Shown: positions 43,231 through 54,508 of the stretch, in pieces | How positions within the stretch are numbered: the stretch's first letter is position 1 | Layout of the letters: each line of letters opens with the position of its first letter | DNA from: Tetramitus jugosus | Lineage: Eukaryota; Protista; Heterolobosea | Length of the DNA: 64,000 nucleotides | Assembly (NCBI GenBank): GCA_937625935.1 | Contig: OW569369.1 | Span: 62,001 to 126,000 of the forward strand | Direction of reading: 5' to 3' | Translations under genes and position numbers: made by a program | Notes under the pieces: model-generated | Databases searched by the model: none | The model's input: the letters and a program-made list of their open reading frames with translations, nothing else | What the model was told of the DNA's origin: nothing

Positions 43231-45723
43231 TTACGACAGACCCAACTTGAAGACGCAGTGAACCAACAGCAAGTAAGCGTTGGCCATCACAGTGCACAGA
43301 AACATGATTGGAACACCACATCTGGCAAAGGCCATGAAGCTGATTGGATGACCAAACTTTTCCGAAATGCCAGCCACGACCAGATTGGCCGTACTAGCAA
43401 AGATACTACCATTGCCACCCAATCCACTGCCGTAAGCCAATGAGAAGACGAGAGGCTTGAGAGGTAGATCCAAAGTGTCACGCATGGCAATAATCACAGG
43501 AATCATGGCAGTCGTGTACGGAATACTGTCAATAATGGCAGAGAGAATGGCCGACAACCAAATGATGACCGTAATGGCAAACGGCAATCTCCACTGCTCA
43601 TTGACCTTGAGAATGAGATTGGTGACCATGTCACCGACAAAGCCAATCAATCCCAACTCGTCCAACGACCCCATCATGATAAACAGTGTGGCAAAGAAGA
43701 GCAGAGAACTCCATTCAACCTTTTCCAGAATATGATCAAAATCCACTGTATCTGTCAACACAATGACCAACAAGGCACCTACAATGGCAATTGAATCCAA
43801 TGACAAGTGAACCCACTTGGAAATAAATGTCTCCAGGAAGAACATGAGCACAACAAAGAACATGACAGCAAAGCACATGACAAACTTTGGCTTGTTTCGA
43901 ATGACGTACTCGCTTTCCAGTTGAGAAATGTCCACAGTGGTCGACTGACCACTATTCTCCTGCTCTCTCAACTCATTCTGCAACTGTTTCACATGATTGT
44001 TCAACTTTTGTTTCAATGAACGTTCTTCGTTGACGTGCTTGGAGAGACGTGCTGCTGTTTGACTCCAAATCTCAATCTCATTCTTCAATTGAGACACGTG
44101 GGGAGCCAATACACCACCACTACCATCATCACTTGTACCAGCATCAGAAGTACCACTGCCTCGTTTACCATTACCAGAGAATTCCTTCCAATAAATGAAA
44201 CGAATAAAGAAGAGTGCCACAAAGATCATGATAATGGTTCCCGGTGCCATGAAAAACAAAATCTCATTGAATCCGATACCGGCCTCACGAATCGCCGGTG
44301 TGTTCACAATGAGAGTCACTGGTGGATCACCGACCGCAGTGGCACAACCACCAATATTGCTCACCACCACTGTGGCAATCAACGTCGGAACAGGTGAAAT
44401 GTCCATGACTTTGCACAGTCGAATAATCACTGGTGTCAACAGCAGCATACTCGTCACATTGTCCAACATGCTACTGGTCACTGCAACAATGATACTGAGA
44501 ATAAAGACAAGTCTCCACAGTCTACCCTTGCTCAATCGATAGGCCTTGAGTGCCAAGTATTCAAAGAATCCTGTTTGAGACATGATGGCCACAATGACCA
44601 TCATGCCAAACAACAGGAACAATGTGTGAAATTCTACCCAGTTGATCATGGTATGGACACTGGGCTTCAAATTCATAATCGACAGTGCACTAATGCTCAT
44701 GAACGCACCCAGTATGGTTGCCACAGTTCGATGCACCAACTCAAAAATGATCAATGCATAGACAAATAGCAGCACGAGCAGTGCCAGTATGACTCGAGAG
44801 GAAAAGAGACGAGAGTGATGCGTAATGGTGACCTGCATGGCTGTTGCATGCTGCTGATTGTTGCTGTACAATTGAAATTGATATTCATTGTTCTTGTTGT
44901 TGCTGTTGGTGGTAATGAGATAGGGCTTTGGTGTTTCAAACAAGTGTTGCACGAGCACAGTTTCATTGTCTTGATGAATGTTTTGCATTGTAAATGTCTT
45001 GTTGGATATTTGAATCCATGCACCATCATCCGTATCATTGTTATCATTGTAATCATTGTAATCATTCTTGTTCATGTGAGTCATGTGAGTCATGTAAGTC
45101 ATGTGAGAAGTGGTGGTGGTAGTGGTAGTGGTGGTAGTCTTATTCACAGCATCATGAGGCTTAACTCTGTAAATGACAGTCAATTCCAACAATTGTTGTT
45201 GTTGTTGTTGTTGATTGAGAGGAGGCAACTCTAGTGCAAGTGCCTTGAATTGAATAAAGTGAAGCGTTTTGGATTCGAGGGCCACACTTGTCACACTCTT
45301 ACCAGAGATGGCATAGTACTTTGTGCTGTCGTGCTCTGTTTCATCCATGATGGCATAGGCAACAATGGACAGGACCAACACGATAAACAAGATGATAATC
45401 TTGTTGAGACGCAATGCCTTTTTGAACATGGAGGGATTATGATGATGATGGCCATGCTTCGTCTTGTCTCCATCATTGTCCTCCATTTCGTTCAATTGCT
45501 GCTCCAATTCATCATATTGAGTCGTTTCATTCTGCAATAATGATTGTTGTTGTTGTTCATCATCGAGTGTTTCAAATGATGATGGTTGTTGCAAATCACT
45601 GTACAGTGAAGAATAGAGATGAGAAGAAGAGGAACTGGATGCTGATGGTTGAATCAGAGAAGAGTTTTCATTATTATGGTTCAGTAGAGGGTTGTCATCG
45701 TGATGAGTGGAGGAGGACAGCAT
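43231..45723 (-). CDS. P-protein/OCA2-like transporter (ArsB/NhaD/CitMHS superfamily)
   Basis: FELVHRTVA, LLFGMM, TGFFEYLA, LDNVTSMLL, SNIGGCATAVGDPP, VEWSSLLFFA, SAIIDSIPY and GLGGNGS..STANLV. Confidence 0.9.
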   Translation of the reverse strand: MLSSSTHHDDNPLLNHNNENSSLIQPSASSSSSSHLYSSLYSDLQQPSSFETLDDEQQQQSLLQNETTQYDELEQQLNEMEDNDGDKTKHGHHHHNPSMFKKALRLNKIIILFIVLVLSIVAYAIMDETEHDSTKYYAISGKSVTSVALESKTLHFIQFKALALELPPLNQQQQQQQLLELTVIYRVKPHDAVNKTTTTTTTTTTSHMTYMTHMTHMNKNDYNDYNDNNDTDDGAWIQISNKTFTMQNIHQDNETVLVQHLFETPKPYLITTNSNNKNNEYQFQLYSNNQQHATAMQVTITHHSRLFSSRVILALLVLLFVYALIIFELVHRTVATILGAFMSISALSIMNLKPSVHTMINWVEFHTLFLLFGMMVIVAIMSQTGFFEYLALKAYRLSKGRLWRLVFILSIIVAVTSSMLDNVTSMLLLTPVIIRLCKVMDISPVPTLIATVVVSNIGGCATAVGDPPVTLIVNTPAIREAGIGFNEILFFMAPGTIIMIFVALFFIRFIYWKEFSGNGKRGSGTSDAGTSDDGSGGVLAPHVSQLKNEIEIWSQTAARLSKHVNEERSLKQKLNNHVKQLQNELREQENSGQSTTVDISQLESEYVIRNKPKFVMCFAVMFFVVLMFFLETFISKWVHLSLDSIAIVGALLVIVLTDTVDFDHILEKVEWSSLLFFATLFIMMGSLDELGLIGFVGDMVTNLILKVNEQWRLPFAITVIIWLSAILSAIIDSIPYTTAMIPVIIAMRDTLDLPLKPLVFSLAYGSGLGGNGSIFASTANLVVAGISEKFGHPISFMAFARCGVPIMFLCTVMANAYLLLVHCVFKLGLS

Positions 45724-46103
45724 TCGAAGAATATTGTGTCACACTTGTTGTCGTTCGTATGTCAAAGAAGAAATGATGTGTGTGTGTTTTTTTCTGCTTG
45801 TTTGTGGGACACTGAGTGAACAGGGGGTAAAGTGAGCGAGGACTGTTGCTGTGCTGGAAAGTGGTGGTGTCGCCCTCTAGTAGGGTGTGACGCGAGGAAA
45901 TTCCTTCCAGTTTGCCCACGCAACAATTACTTAAAGAAAATTGTCGGCCCAGATATTCCGATCTCAAAACTCTTGGCCAAAAGAGAGACAGCCTCCGGGC
46001 AGTTGGACAAAAACAGACACACCATCGTGCCTATCCATCCAACAACAACAACAACAAACAATCATATCCCTCACACACTCAGCACACACACACGCGCTAC
46101 AAC

Positions 46104-47102
46104 ATGTCGTCTTCATCTTCCTCAATCACCACCACAGAAGACAACCACCATGACAACAACAACAACAATTCACAGATTGAACAAATGATGATACACATGC
46201 CAGTGTACAAGATGCAAACCACATTTACCAATCACAATACGATCATCTCCAGTAGTAGTACTGGTGGTAGTGGTGGTGAAAGTGTAGATTCAATGATTCA
46301 TCTCAACCACGATCATTTACAATCATCATCAAGCAGTCATCATCAGAACCATCATAATAATAATAATGAAATGATTATACAATGTACAATGGAAAAGATT
46401 GAGTATGGTGATGATGAATACAATAATGATGATAGCAATGATCATAATAAGAATGATGATGATGATGATGATGAATCAATGGGAGATGAATCCATGTCTC
46501 ATCATCACTATCATCATCATCACCAACAACACCAACAACATCAATTGATGAAACGCAGAAGAAGCAGTGTGACTACACTGTATCATCATCCATCTCATAC
46601 AGTGCTGTCTGGCAACAACACGGATCAATTACAATCATTATCATCATCAACTGCTGCTACTTTTACTGCTCCATCAATGATGATGATGAACCACAACAAC
46701 AACAACAACAACCACAACAGCAATAGTCACATTCAACAAAACACGAGTGATAGAAGAGCTTCCATTACGAGAATAACAATGAGCAACACACATGTGAGTC
46801 CTCCTATTCTTTCATCACCATCGTCATCTTCTGTTGCTGCTTCTGCTGCTACTGCTACTTCCATGTTGAATAATGATACCAATCAAGAGATGAATGCCAT
46901 CTTGGGTTCATCATCATTATATGACATCATCTCAACAAGTGATAGTAGCAGTAGTGATGCTGGTGGTAGTGGTGGTGGTGGTCCATCATCGATTCATGAC
47001 TCTTATCAAGTATTGAACACTGTAATCATTGATGATAATGCTGATCGAGAATCCAATTCTGCATCATCAAAGATTGTCATCAAACAACATTACGTGCAAT
47101 AG
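46104..47102 (+). CDS. Hypothetical low-complexity (S/N/H/D-rich) protein
   Basis: ATG at 46104 inside ORF 45912-47102, with AATAAA about 30 nt after the stop. No recognisable domain. Confidence 0.55.
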   Translation: MSSSSSSITTTEDNHHDNNNNNSQIEQMMIHMPVYKMQTTFTNHNTIISSSSTGGSGGESVDSMIHLNHDHLQSSSSSHHQNHHNNNNEMIIQCTMEKIEYGDDEYNNDDSNDHNKNDDDDDDESMGDESMSHHHYHHHHQQHQQHQLMKRRRSSVTTLYHHPSHTVLSGNNTDQLQSLSSSTAATFTAPSMMMMNHNNNNNNHNSNSHIQQNTSDRRASITRITMSNTHVSPPILSSPSSSSVAASAATATSMLNNDTNQEMNAILGSSSLYDIISTSDSSSSDAGGSGGGGPSSIHDSYQVLNTVIIDDNADRESNSASSKIVIKQHYVQ

Positions 47103-47200
47103 TAACTCAACATGTAACATAAATACTCACAATAAATTGAAGCGCGCTTGACCGATCATTCCCGCTTTTCGGCAAAATATTGTTAAAACAGCTTGTTAAT

Positions 47201-47320
47201 GTCTACGTTCATACAATGGTGGAACCACCTCTTCCCATTTCGAATAGAGAAGTTAAGCACCATCTGGCTGAGTTAGTATTGAGATAGGAGACTACTCGAG
47301 AACCCTCAGTAATGTAGGCT
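47201..47320 (+). rRNA. 5S rRNA gene (solitary copy in this window)
   Basis: About 120 nt. Helix I GTCTACGTT/AATGTAGGC, conserved CATAC, GAAGTTAAGC, loop E TTAGTA...GAGAAC, and a TTTT terminator at 47320-47323. Confidence 0.9.
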
Positions 47321-47446
47321 TTTGTCTTTTCGTGAAGTTCGCTCTTCGCCTATGCAATCCTGGATAGCGATGTCGTTGGTTGCGCCTTTAAAAAAAGGGA
47401 ATGGGGATTACTGGTACTTGGTCGAAAACAGCCCAGAAACAGCCAA

Positions 47447-49498
47447 ATGTCGATCACTAGTCTCCAACAGCCAAGGAGCAACAACCAACATCATCAAGTG
47501 AGGTGGATCCCTCTCCTCAATTTTGTTCACTCTGGAGGCATAGAGTACAAGGACGTCCATGCCTTTCAATTCCCTATATCCAACTCCTGGTATGCCATTG
47601 AGTGCCACTCGACAAAGTATGGAGCATTGGTCGTTCTAGAGAATCTAGGTGCATCGTCCACACCACAGGACAAGAAACTTCCTCTGCGACAGGAACAGAC
47701 GTCCAGAAAGGCTTTTCGTTGTGAAATGGCATTTACGGGTACTGTGCGTAACGACAAGGAAACGACAGAGTCAAACTTTGTTGATTCATCACTTGCCTTT
47801 CCTTGCGAATACTGGAGAGAGACACCAAGTGCCTCATCGCTGGTTAAATTCGCGAATAATCCTGCACATGTGTCAACTGTTCAGTGTGGATTCATCAATG
47901 AGAATGGAGATGCACTTGTGATGCATCAATCGTTTCTACAACTTACATGCACGAGGAATCCTGATGATCCATTTGTGGATATGGCTCACAACAAGCGGAG
48001 CACGACTCTTCTCACGCGAACCGGCGTCTTGTACAGTATTGGATATTCCTTTGATGGAATTCGAGGTTTCAACCATTGGCCACAATATTCCTACGACGAT
48101 GTTATCAACAAGATTAAGATTGATGCACAGAGTTCTGTCAAGTTTAGTCACGTGTCAGGTGGCATGTTTCATTTCTGTGCTCTGTCAGACACTGGTGATG
48201 TGTATGCTTGGGGTAGGAACAACAAAGGTCAATGTACTGTGAGTGTTGGGGCTTCGGCTTTCCTTCCTATGGCAACCAAAGTTCAAGGATTGCCAGAGCC
48301 AATGATTGCTGTTGAAGCTGGCAATTATTTCAACATTGCTTTGTCCAAGTCTTTAAAGCTTGTTGGCTGGGGTGGATGTCCAAAGAACTATGTCCCACGT
48401 GTGATCAACATACCAAACAACGAGACACCATTGAAGATATCAGCCAATGGATGTCACTATTTTGCTGTGTTGACAGACAGAGGCAATGTGTACATGTATG
48501 CTGATTCTTTCACTCTCCTCAAGAAGTGGAACAACGAGACTGGAGTTGTTCAGGTTGGAGCACACATTGTGAACATCTCTGTTGGCCACAGCAATCTTTC
48601 TCTAGTTGAATTTCATGACCGAAACAATCCAGAATTAACATATTCTCAAGAGAATCTACCACAACAATTGTTGTCTCTCCAAACAGATAGCTCCAGTGAT
48701 GTGAAGATAAGGTTCCAAGATCAAGTGTTCGAATTACACAGAGGAATTCTTGCTGCCAGATCAGTTCTTTTTGAAAGTCTGTTCTCAGAAGAGCGAGAAG
48801 AGTATTATGTAACCGATTACGTTCCATCCACGACAACAGATATCTTTTCTTCAGCCATTGACTTCATCTATACTGCAACAATTCCAGACAATAGCAAGGA
48901 GAAAAGAAACAATCTGACTGCAGTAATCAAGGAATTGAAAATCAGAACAGAATTGGGAGAAGAAATTGGCTGCAGCCTGAGAGGAGAGTTGATCAAAGAT
49001 ATTGGATGTATGATCACAAGAGATGAACACAAGGCTAAGATTTTGGGAGCAGATGTTACGTTCACATTCAAAGATTCAAATGCAGACACAAAGCTCTTCG
49101 CTCACAAGTATATTTTGACTAGGAGATCACCATACTTTCATGCAATGTTTAGCTCTGGTATGCATGATGAATCTCACAGCTCTATTGAAGTGGCTGACAT
49201 TTCTATTCAGGTTCTTCAATTGATCTTGACTTTTATCTACACAGGTAAGATTGATGCATCCAGCATTACAATTGACAATTGCATCGAATCAATGATCACT
49301 GCGAATGAATATGGCGAGGAAGGATTGTACATGTTCATTGAGGATCATGTTGTTCGATTGATTGATCTTGACACCGTTCTTGTATTGTCTGATTTGGCAA
49401 AGAGATTCAAGTTCAGATATCTTGATGAAAGATGCGAGTTCTTCATGCGTTGCCATGCAGATATCTTAAAACAACTCGAGCAACTTACGCAAAGTTGA
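47447..49498 (+). CDS. RCC1-repeat and tandem BTB/POZ domain protein
   Basis: RCC1 VSGGMFHFCALSDTGDVYAWGRNNKGQ. BTB SDVKIRFQDQVFELHRGILAARS and ADVTF..AHKYILTRRSPYFHAMFSSGM. Confidence 0.87.
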   Translation: MSITSLQQPRSNNQHHQVRWIPLLNFVHSGGIEYKDVHAFQFPISNSWYAIECHSTKYGALVVLENLGASSTPQDKKLPLRQEQTSRKAFRCEMAFTGTVRNDKETTESNFVDSSLAFPCEYWRETPSASSLVKFANNPAHVSTVQCGFINENGDALVMHQSFLQLTCTRNPDDPFVDMAHNKRSTTLLTRTGVLYSIGYSFDGIRGFNHWPQYSYDDVINKIKIDAQSSVKFSHVSGGMFHFCALSDTGDVYAWGRNNKGQCTVSVGASAFLPMATKVQGLPEPMIAVEAGNYFNIALSKSLKLVGWGGCPKNYVPRVINIPNNETPLKISANGCHYFAVLTDRGNVYMYADSFTLLKKWNNETGVVQVGAHIVNISVGHSNLSLVEFHDRNNPELTYSQENLPQQLLSLQTDSSSDVKIRFQDQVFELHRGILAARSVLFESLFSEEREEYYVTDYVPSTTTDIFSSAIDFIYTATIPDNSKEKRNNLTAVIKELKIRTELGEEIGCSLRGELIKDIGCMITRDEHKAKILGADVTFTFKDSNADTKLFAHKYILTRRSPYFHAMFSSGMHDESHSSIEVADISIQVLQLILTFIYTGKIDASSITIDNCIESMITANEYGEEGLYMFIEDHVVRLIDLDTVLVLSDLAKRFKFRYLDERCEFFMRCHADILKQLEQLTQS

Positions 49499-49601
49499 TA
49501 AACACTTATTCTTGGGAAGTTAGAGGATTTTAGAGGTTCTCAATAATAAATCTTCTACATAATTTATTTACACTATGTCTTACAACGTTCCAACTATTAG
49601 A

Positions 49602-50555
49602 TCATCTCAAGAGAAGCAATGCCAATCGAGCCAAATGTTTCTTATCCACACTCAACCCCACCCAGCGTTTTACTTTTGATGTCCAACCTGAGCTCATATG
49701 TTTGATCTTGTTAGCTCGGACAGGAGACTCTGTAACTAAGTCCACCAGATTGTCGGCCAACATTTTGAGCATGATTATCATGTCTGAAGTGTGATTCTTG
49801 CCACTGTACTTGTCATTTGGTTGTAATTGATAGTTGGCCATATAATTTATCACACGATCATACTCTTCCTTGGTTCCATAATCCATGGAAGCGATAGCTC
49901 CATCAAAACATGCAAATCTCTTTGGCAAAGGTTTCGTCATCTCGTTGGGCTTAAAACTTAAGTTGATCATGTCATTGTCAACCATGATCCCTCCTCCAAT
50001 TGCTGACATAGCTAGATATCGAGCGTAACACGATAATTCATACTGTTTTGGATTGACTGTGGGGAGTTGCTCCAATTTGGCCATCAGTGGTTGATAATTA
50101 TCATGAAGCATTGCATGATTCTCGTTCAAAACAACAGGATCCCAGCAGTTGGCTCTCCAACTTACTTCCCACAACTGGAGCAAGTCACTATCATTTCTGA
50201 ATCCTGGAATTATCTGGTGGTAGGTGTAAACTCTTCTATTCTCTCTTGGTCCATACTTCTCGGAGCAATCGTCTGGAATGACGATAGGGAGGTCAGGAAG
50301 AATGGCAGGTGGTGTATGCTTTGGGGTTTTGTCCTTGAGTGGGCACATGACAGCAGGAGAAAGAGGATAATTGATCGTAAAGTTGCATTGGCAAATAGGT
50401 GCCGGCAATTTTAGTTCTTTCGATTCGATGTTATTAGAGATTCTTGCTTCCATAGGAGGGCTGTACAGTTTAATAGCCATGTACATCACACAGATGAGCA
50501 TCCATCCTGAGAACAAGAGTAATAGTACTATATTGGGGTTTGCTTGTGTGTTCAT
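49602..50555 (-). CDS. Type II membrane protein, putative DxD glycosyltransferase
   Basis: N-terminal TM helix, Pro-rich stem and YELSCYARYLAMSAIGGGIMVDND (GGxxxDxD motif). Confidence 0.6.
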   Translation of the reverse strand: MNTQANPNIVLLLLFSGWMLICVMYMAIKLYSPPMEARISNNIESKELKLPAPICQCNFTINYPLSPAVMCPLKDKTPKHTPPAILPDLPIVIPDDCSEKYGPRENRRVYTYHQIIPGFRNDSDLLQLWEVSWRANCWDPVVLNENHAMLHDNYQPLMAKLEQLPTVNPKQYELSCYARYLAMSAIGGGIMVDNDMINLSFKPNEMTKPLPKRFACFDGAIASMDYGTKEEYDRVINYMANYQLQPNDKYSGKNHTSDMIIMLKMLADNLVDLVTESPVRANKIKHMSSGWTSKVKRWVGLSVDKKHLARLALLLLR

Positions 50556-51035
50556 TTGTGTCTATCTCTTGAGATGACTCAAAATCTGTGCAGCGAGTCA
50601 ATTTACTCTCTGTCTCTGGTCCCGTTTGCGGATACGCAATTCTCTTCTGTTTTTGGAAATTAGGACGGTTTGGAACTCGGAACTGAAGATTTACTACATC
50701 CAGTACACAAAATGCTCGAGGACTACAATGATTCGCATATCCACTATGCGACCCATACTCAAAGAACGTCGACTATTGTTCTGCAATGTTCACCATTTTG
50801 AGACATATGACGCTCCGCATTGTTGAGGTTTGGAGAGTTGGCACTTGGGCTTAGCTTACGATCTTGCGAAGTTGACAGTATCGCATTACAGTTTATAGAA
50901 TTTCTCTCATTGTTTATAACATTTTCTTGTAAAGCACCGAGACACACTCTCTTTGAGCGCACTCCGAAATATTGTCTTCATTTTGTTTCCAAGTTTTCAA
51001 GGTTGGCACCTTTAAAACTGGAGTGTTGTGCTCGA

Positions 51036-52835
51036 TTAAGCAAAAAAGAAGTCTGACGATAGTTCATTATTCCATTCATCACATTGATAGTTACTGTCTG
51101 AGATCAGGTTCGAGTCCATTGTCGAAGAGTCATCAACCCCTTCTTCATCTTCATATTCGCTACCGCTCCCGCTACTCCTTCCATGGGAAGGAAGAGACAT
51201 GTAATATATTGAATATTGTTTTTGGTTGCTTTCGACAAGACTCATGAACTCAAAGTCATTTGGAAACTGGCAACTCAACAATTGAACCAATTGTTGTTCA
51301 TTGTCAATGATCACAACTTCACTCTTCCGTATTATCTCTCTCCTTCTCCAGAGTACACTGTTCATGTGGTGATGGTTGTTGGCATGTACTGCAATATCAT
51401 TTGATTGCTGTATTCTTCCAGTCTGCTTGGCATGTTCCATAATGTAATTCATTGGAACCCATCCCTCAGCAATCAACTGATTCCTTCTTGTTTCTTCCTC
51501 TTCTGGTTCTTCTTTGTGCTCATCAAAGTCCTCACTTTCCCATTGTTGATACCGATGATACGCACGAATGCATTCACCTTTTAACAACACATGTGGATCA
51601 TAGATTTCTCTCACTGGATACTGGTATTGCACATAGGGATGCGTAATCCACAAGTCAGCTCTATTATTACTAGTACTCTCCTGCTTGTTGTTCGCATGTT
51701 CACTATTCGTCTCATGCTCATCATCGTCATCAGCAATCAGATGATTGATTCGTTTGAAAACAGCAATCTGAGTCGCATAACCCAGAGATAAATCACCCAG
51801 AGTACCCGTTCCTACTCCACCAATCAGTTCCAATTGATATCGTACACCATTGCGCACATTGTGTTGACTGTTATTGAAACAAGTGATAGCATGATTGGCC
51901 CACTGTTCAAACTCACTTCTAGAAAACTCAAATTTATGATCGTCATGCCTCATCCATTTCACATCAAATCCATTATTCTTATTCTCATTATTATATATAC
52001 TCACACCATCGCCATATCCAAAGAACCATGGATTGAATTCTCGATTCGGTGTTGTTACAATAATCATATCTGATTGAAGGCACTGAAACAGAAAATGAGT
52101 CAGTGCCTGCAACTCTTCTCCTTTGTGAACATGTTCAATCACTTCGGTGCACACTGTCACATGATAACGATCCTCATTACTACTTCTATTACTACTACTT
52201 CTATTACTACTACTCTTACTATTACTCGTACTAGTACGACCACCTCTATTTGTGGTATTATCATTCTCATCATCATCATTATCGTCATGTGTGAATAACA
52301 ATAGCAAATTGTTTGAGACTGTGATGGCATCCATGTGATACAGTGATAGAGTCAATTGATGATCATATGGATTCAAGTAATGCGACAACATGGGCCGTAC
52401 ATTGTCCATTGCACTCTGTATCGTTTGTTCACACTTGTCCAATCCATCTAATCGAACATAGGGCACATCATGTGACTGTATGGCCTCTCTGAGATACAAT
52501 AGGAGATCACCGTTGCCACAACCGACGTCTATCAACCGTATTCCATGATCATCATTGGTATCATCATTGTCCATATTGTCAGTGTCATCTCTATCATCCA
52601 CATGTTTACTATTTTTTGTATTGCTATTGTTACTGTTGTTGTTGTTGTTGTTGTTGCAGAGTCGATTCATAAAGTATTGTTGTTGAACGTAGTTGGAGAT
52701 GAACATTTTTCGTTGAATGTACAGTGGTGGATCAAATGAGAATGAACGGGTATTGTCATCATGACCTACCACCACTGCAGCCGCCGCGACATTGTCTTGT
52801 TGTATTGGTTCGACGACATTTGTTGCTGACGACAT
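51036..52835 (-). CDS. HEN1: Small RNA 2'-O-methyltransferase
   Basis: FDPPLYIQR (FxPP), DVGCGNG SAM motif, TEVIEH, TTPNREFN, RHDDHKFEFSRSEF..WA and ATQIAVF. Confidence 0.93.
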   Translation of the reverse strand: MSSATNVVEPIQQDNVAAAAVVVGHDDNTRSFSFDPPLYIQRKMFISNYVQQQYFMNRLCNNNNNNNSNNSNTKNSKHVDDRDDTDNMDNDDTNDDHGIRLIDVGCGNGDLLLYLREAIQSHDVPYVRLDGLDKCEQTIQSAMDNVRPMLSHYLNPYDHQLTLSLYHMDAITVSNNLLLLFTHDDNDDDENDNTTNRGGRTSTSNSKSSSNRSSSNRSSNEDRYHVTVCTEVIEHVHKGEELQALTHFLFQCLQSDMIIVTTPNREFNPWFFGYGDGVSIYNNENKNNGFDVKWMRHDDHKFEFSRSEFEQWANHAITCFNNSQHNVRNGVRYQLELIGGVGTGTLGDLSLGYATQIAVFKRINHLIADDDDEHETNSEHANNKQESTSNNRADLWITHPYVQYQYPVREIYDPHVLLKGECIRAYHRYQQWESEDFDEHKEEPEEEETRRNQLIAEGWVPMNYIMEHAKQTGRIQQSNDIAVHANNHHHMNSVLWRRREIIRKSEVVIIDNEQQLVQLLSCQFPNDFEFMSLVESNQKQYSIYYMSLPSHGRSSGSGSEYEDEEGVDDSSTMDSNLISDSNYQCDEWNNELSSDFFFA

Positions 52836-52945
52836 GTTTTATTCCAGTGTTTTTTTTTTCTTGGTTTTTTTTTGTGTGAAAATTCAACTGCGAACTTGAC
52901 ATCTGCTGGACTCTGTTGTGAAATTCTCAAGATTGTCCATCCCAT

Positions 52946-54508
52946 TCAGAGAGGAGTCGCAGACGTATTCTTGTGAGGACAATACGAGTGACATATTTGT
53001 CTGATTCCACTCGTGCCCAGTGTCATTCCACCAATGGACGACGCCTTCTCCAACACCAACTCTCCACCGTCTCTCAACTTTTGCTGCACATAATTCTTTT
53101 CATCCACTTCTTGACTATTCTCAGCTGCCATTGATAATTTCCATTGAATGGGTGATGAGGAGGCCAATGATTGAGAACTTGTCCAGTGATGATTCTTGTG
53201 AGCACCACCATGTTGAAGTGATGATGCTCTCATGGATAACAAATCGGGTAGAATTTTCTCAGTTTGACACACTGCTATTCTCGTAATGTAATAATCGGGT
53301 ACGGATGCACTTGATTGATCATCATTATTGTCATCATGACTATTGAATAGTAGATTTTGTTGTGGAGAGTCCAATGATTTCATTGTTACTTTGACAATGG
53401 CATGTTGATCATCATTGGACTTCACATGTTTCATTGCTTGTTGCTGTTGTGGAATCATGGGAATTGGAACTGGTGCAATGAGAAAATAAAAATTGAGTGT
53501 GCATTCTCTGCTCTTGATAACTGTTTGACACTTTTCAACAATGACACGATACTCTTGTTGTTCATCACTATTCTGTTGTTGTTGTTGATGTGATTGTGAT
53601 TGCGATTTTGATCCGTTGCATTGAATCATGGGAGACAGTTTCATTCGACACAAATCAGGCAACAGAGAATACTGTGCCTTGAAATCGGATTGAATAATCA
53701 AATCACTCATGATACTATTCTGATTCTGATTACTGTCACCTTCATGATCCATCATACTCACAATATCAGACAATTGAATATTTTGGATCCTAAATGTCTG
53801 TTGTTGTTGTTGTTGATCTTGTTGTTGTTTAATGTTAAACACATTGTTCAACAAATAGGTTTGATGTTCCCGAGAGTTGAGTGTCTCTAGTGCAGATGAA
53901 ACTGCTTGTTGAATAAACTGTGATTGATGATTGATATAAATGTGATTCACTTGTTCATTGTAGTCGGATAGACATTCAACGTACCAATGTGTATATCCAG
54001 CAGCCAATGATAGGACAAGCAGTGATCCTCCCATCCATATATAACGACGTTTATTTTTTGTATTTTTTGTATTGTTGCTATCATCATCAAATTGTTGTTC
54101 TGTTATTGTAGGGGATGATGATGATGATGATGAACGAGAAGAAGAGGAGGAGTGAATGGATGGAGTAATGGTATCATCCACTGTTGATGAACTGAAGAAT
54201 GATGATGACTGTTGTTTTTGTTGTTGAAATGAAAATGGATTGAATGATGATGTCGTGGTGGATGTTGTGGATGATGATGATGCATGATTGGGTGATGACA
54301 AGAAGGAATAATGTTGTTGATGTTGAGATGGTGAAATGTATACAGCTGATGATGATGATGATGATGTCAGAGTAGACAAGGTGGCAACAGTGGGGACACG
54401 ATGAATGGAAGAACGGTGGTGGTTGTTGTTTCTGTTGGTTGTGGTACCACTGTTGTGGAGAGACAATGGTAAATGTCGGGAAAGTCTACTACTGGCACTC
54501 TTCAACAT
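52946..54508 (-). CDS. Hypothetical protein with a mitochondrial-presequence-like N-terminus and one TM helix
   Basis: MLKSASSRLSRHL... followed by KRRYIWMGGSLLVLSLAAGYTHWY. The ORF is 520 aa. Confidence 0.65.
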   Translation of the reverse strand: MLKSASSRLSRHLPLSLHNSGTTTNRNNNHHRSSIHRVPTVATLSTLTSSSSSSAVYISPSQHQQHYSFLSSPNHASSSSTTSTTTSSFNPFSFQQQKQQSSSFFSSSTVDDTITPSIHSSSSSRSSSSSSSPTITEQQFDDDSNNTKNTKNKRRYIWMGGSLLVLSLAAGYTHWYVECLSDYNEQVNHIYINHQSQFIQQAVSSALETLNSREHQTYLLNNVFNIKQQQDQQQQQQTFRIQNIQLSDIVSMMDHEGDSNQNQNSIMSDLIIQSDFKAQYSLLPDLCRMKLSPMIQCNGSKSQSQSHQQQQQNSDEQQEYRVIVEKCQTVIKSRECTLNFYFLIAPVPIPMIPQQQQAMKHVKSNDDQHAIVKVTMKSLDSPQQNLLFNSHDDNNDDQSSASVPDYYITRIAVCQTEKILPDLLSMRASSLQHGGAHKNHHWTSSQSLASSSPIQWKLSMAAENSQEVDEKNYVQQKLRDGGELVLEKASSIGGMTLGTSGIRQICHSYCPHKNTSATPL

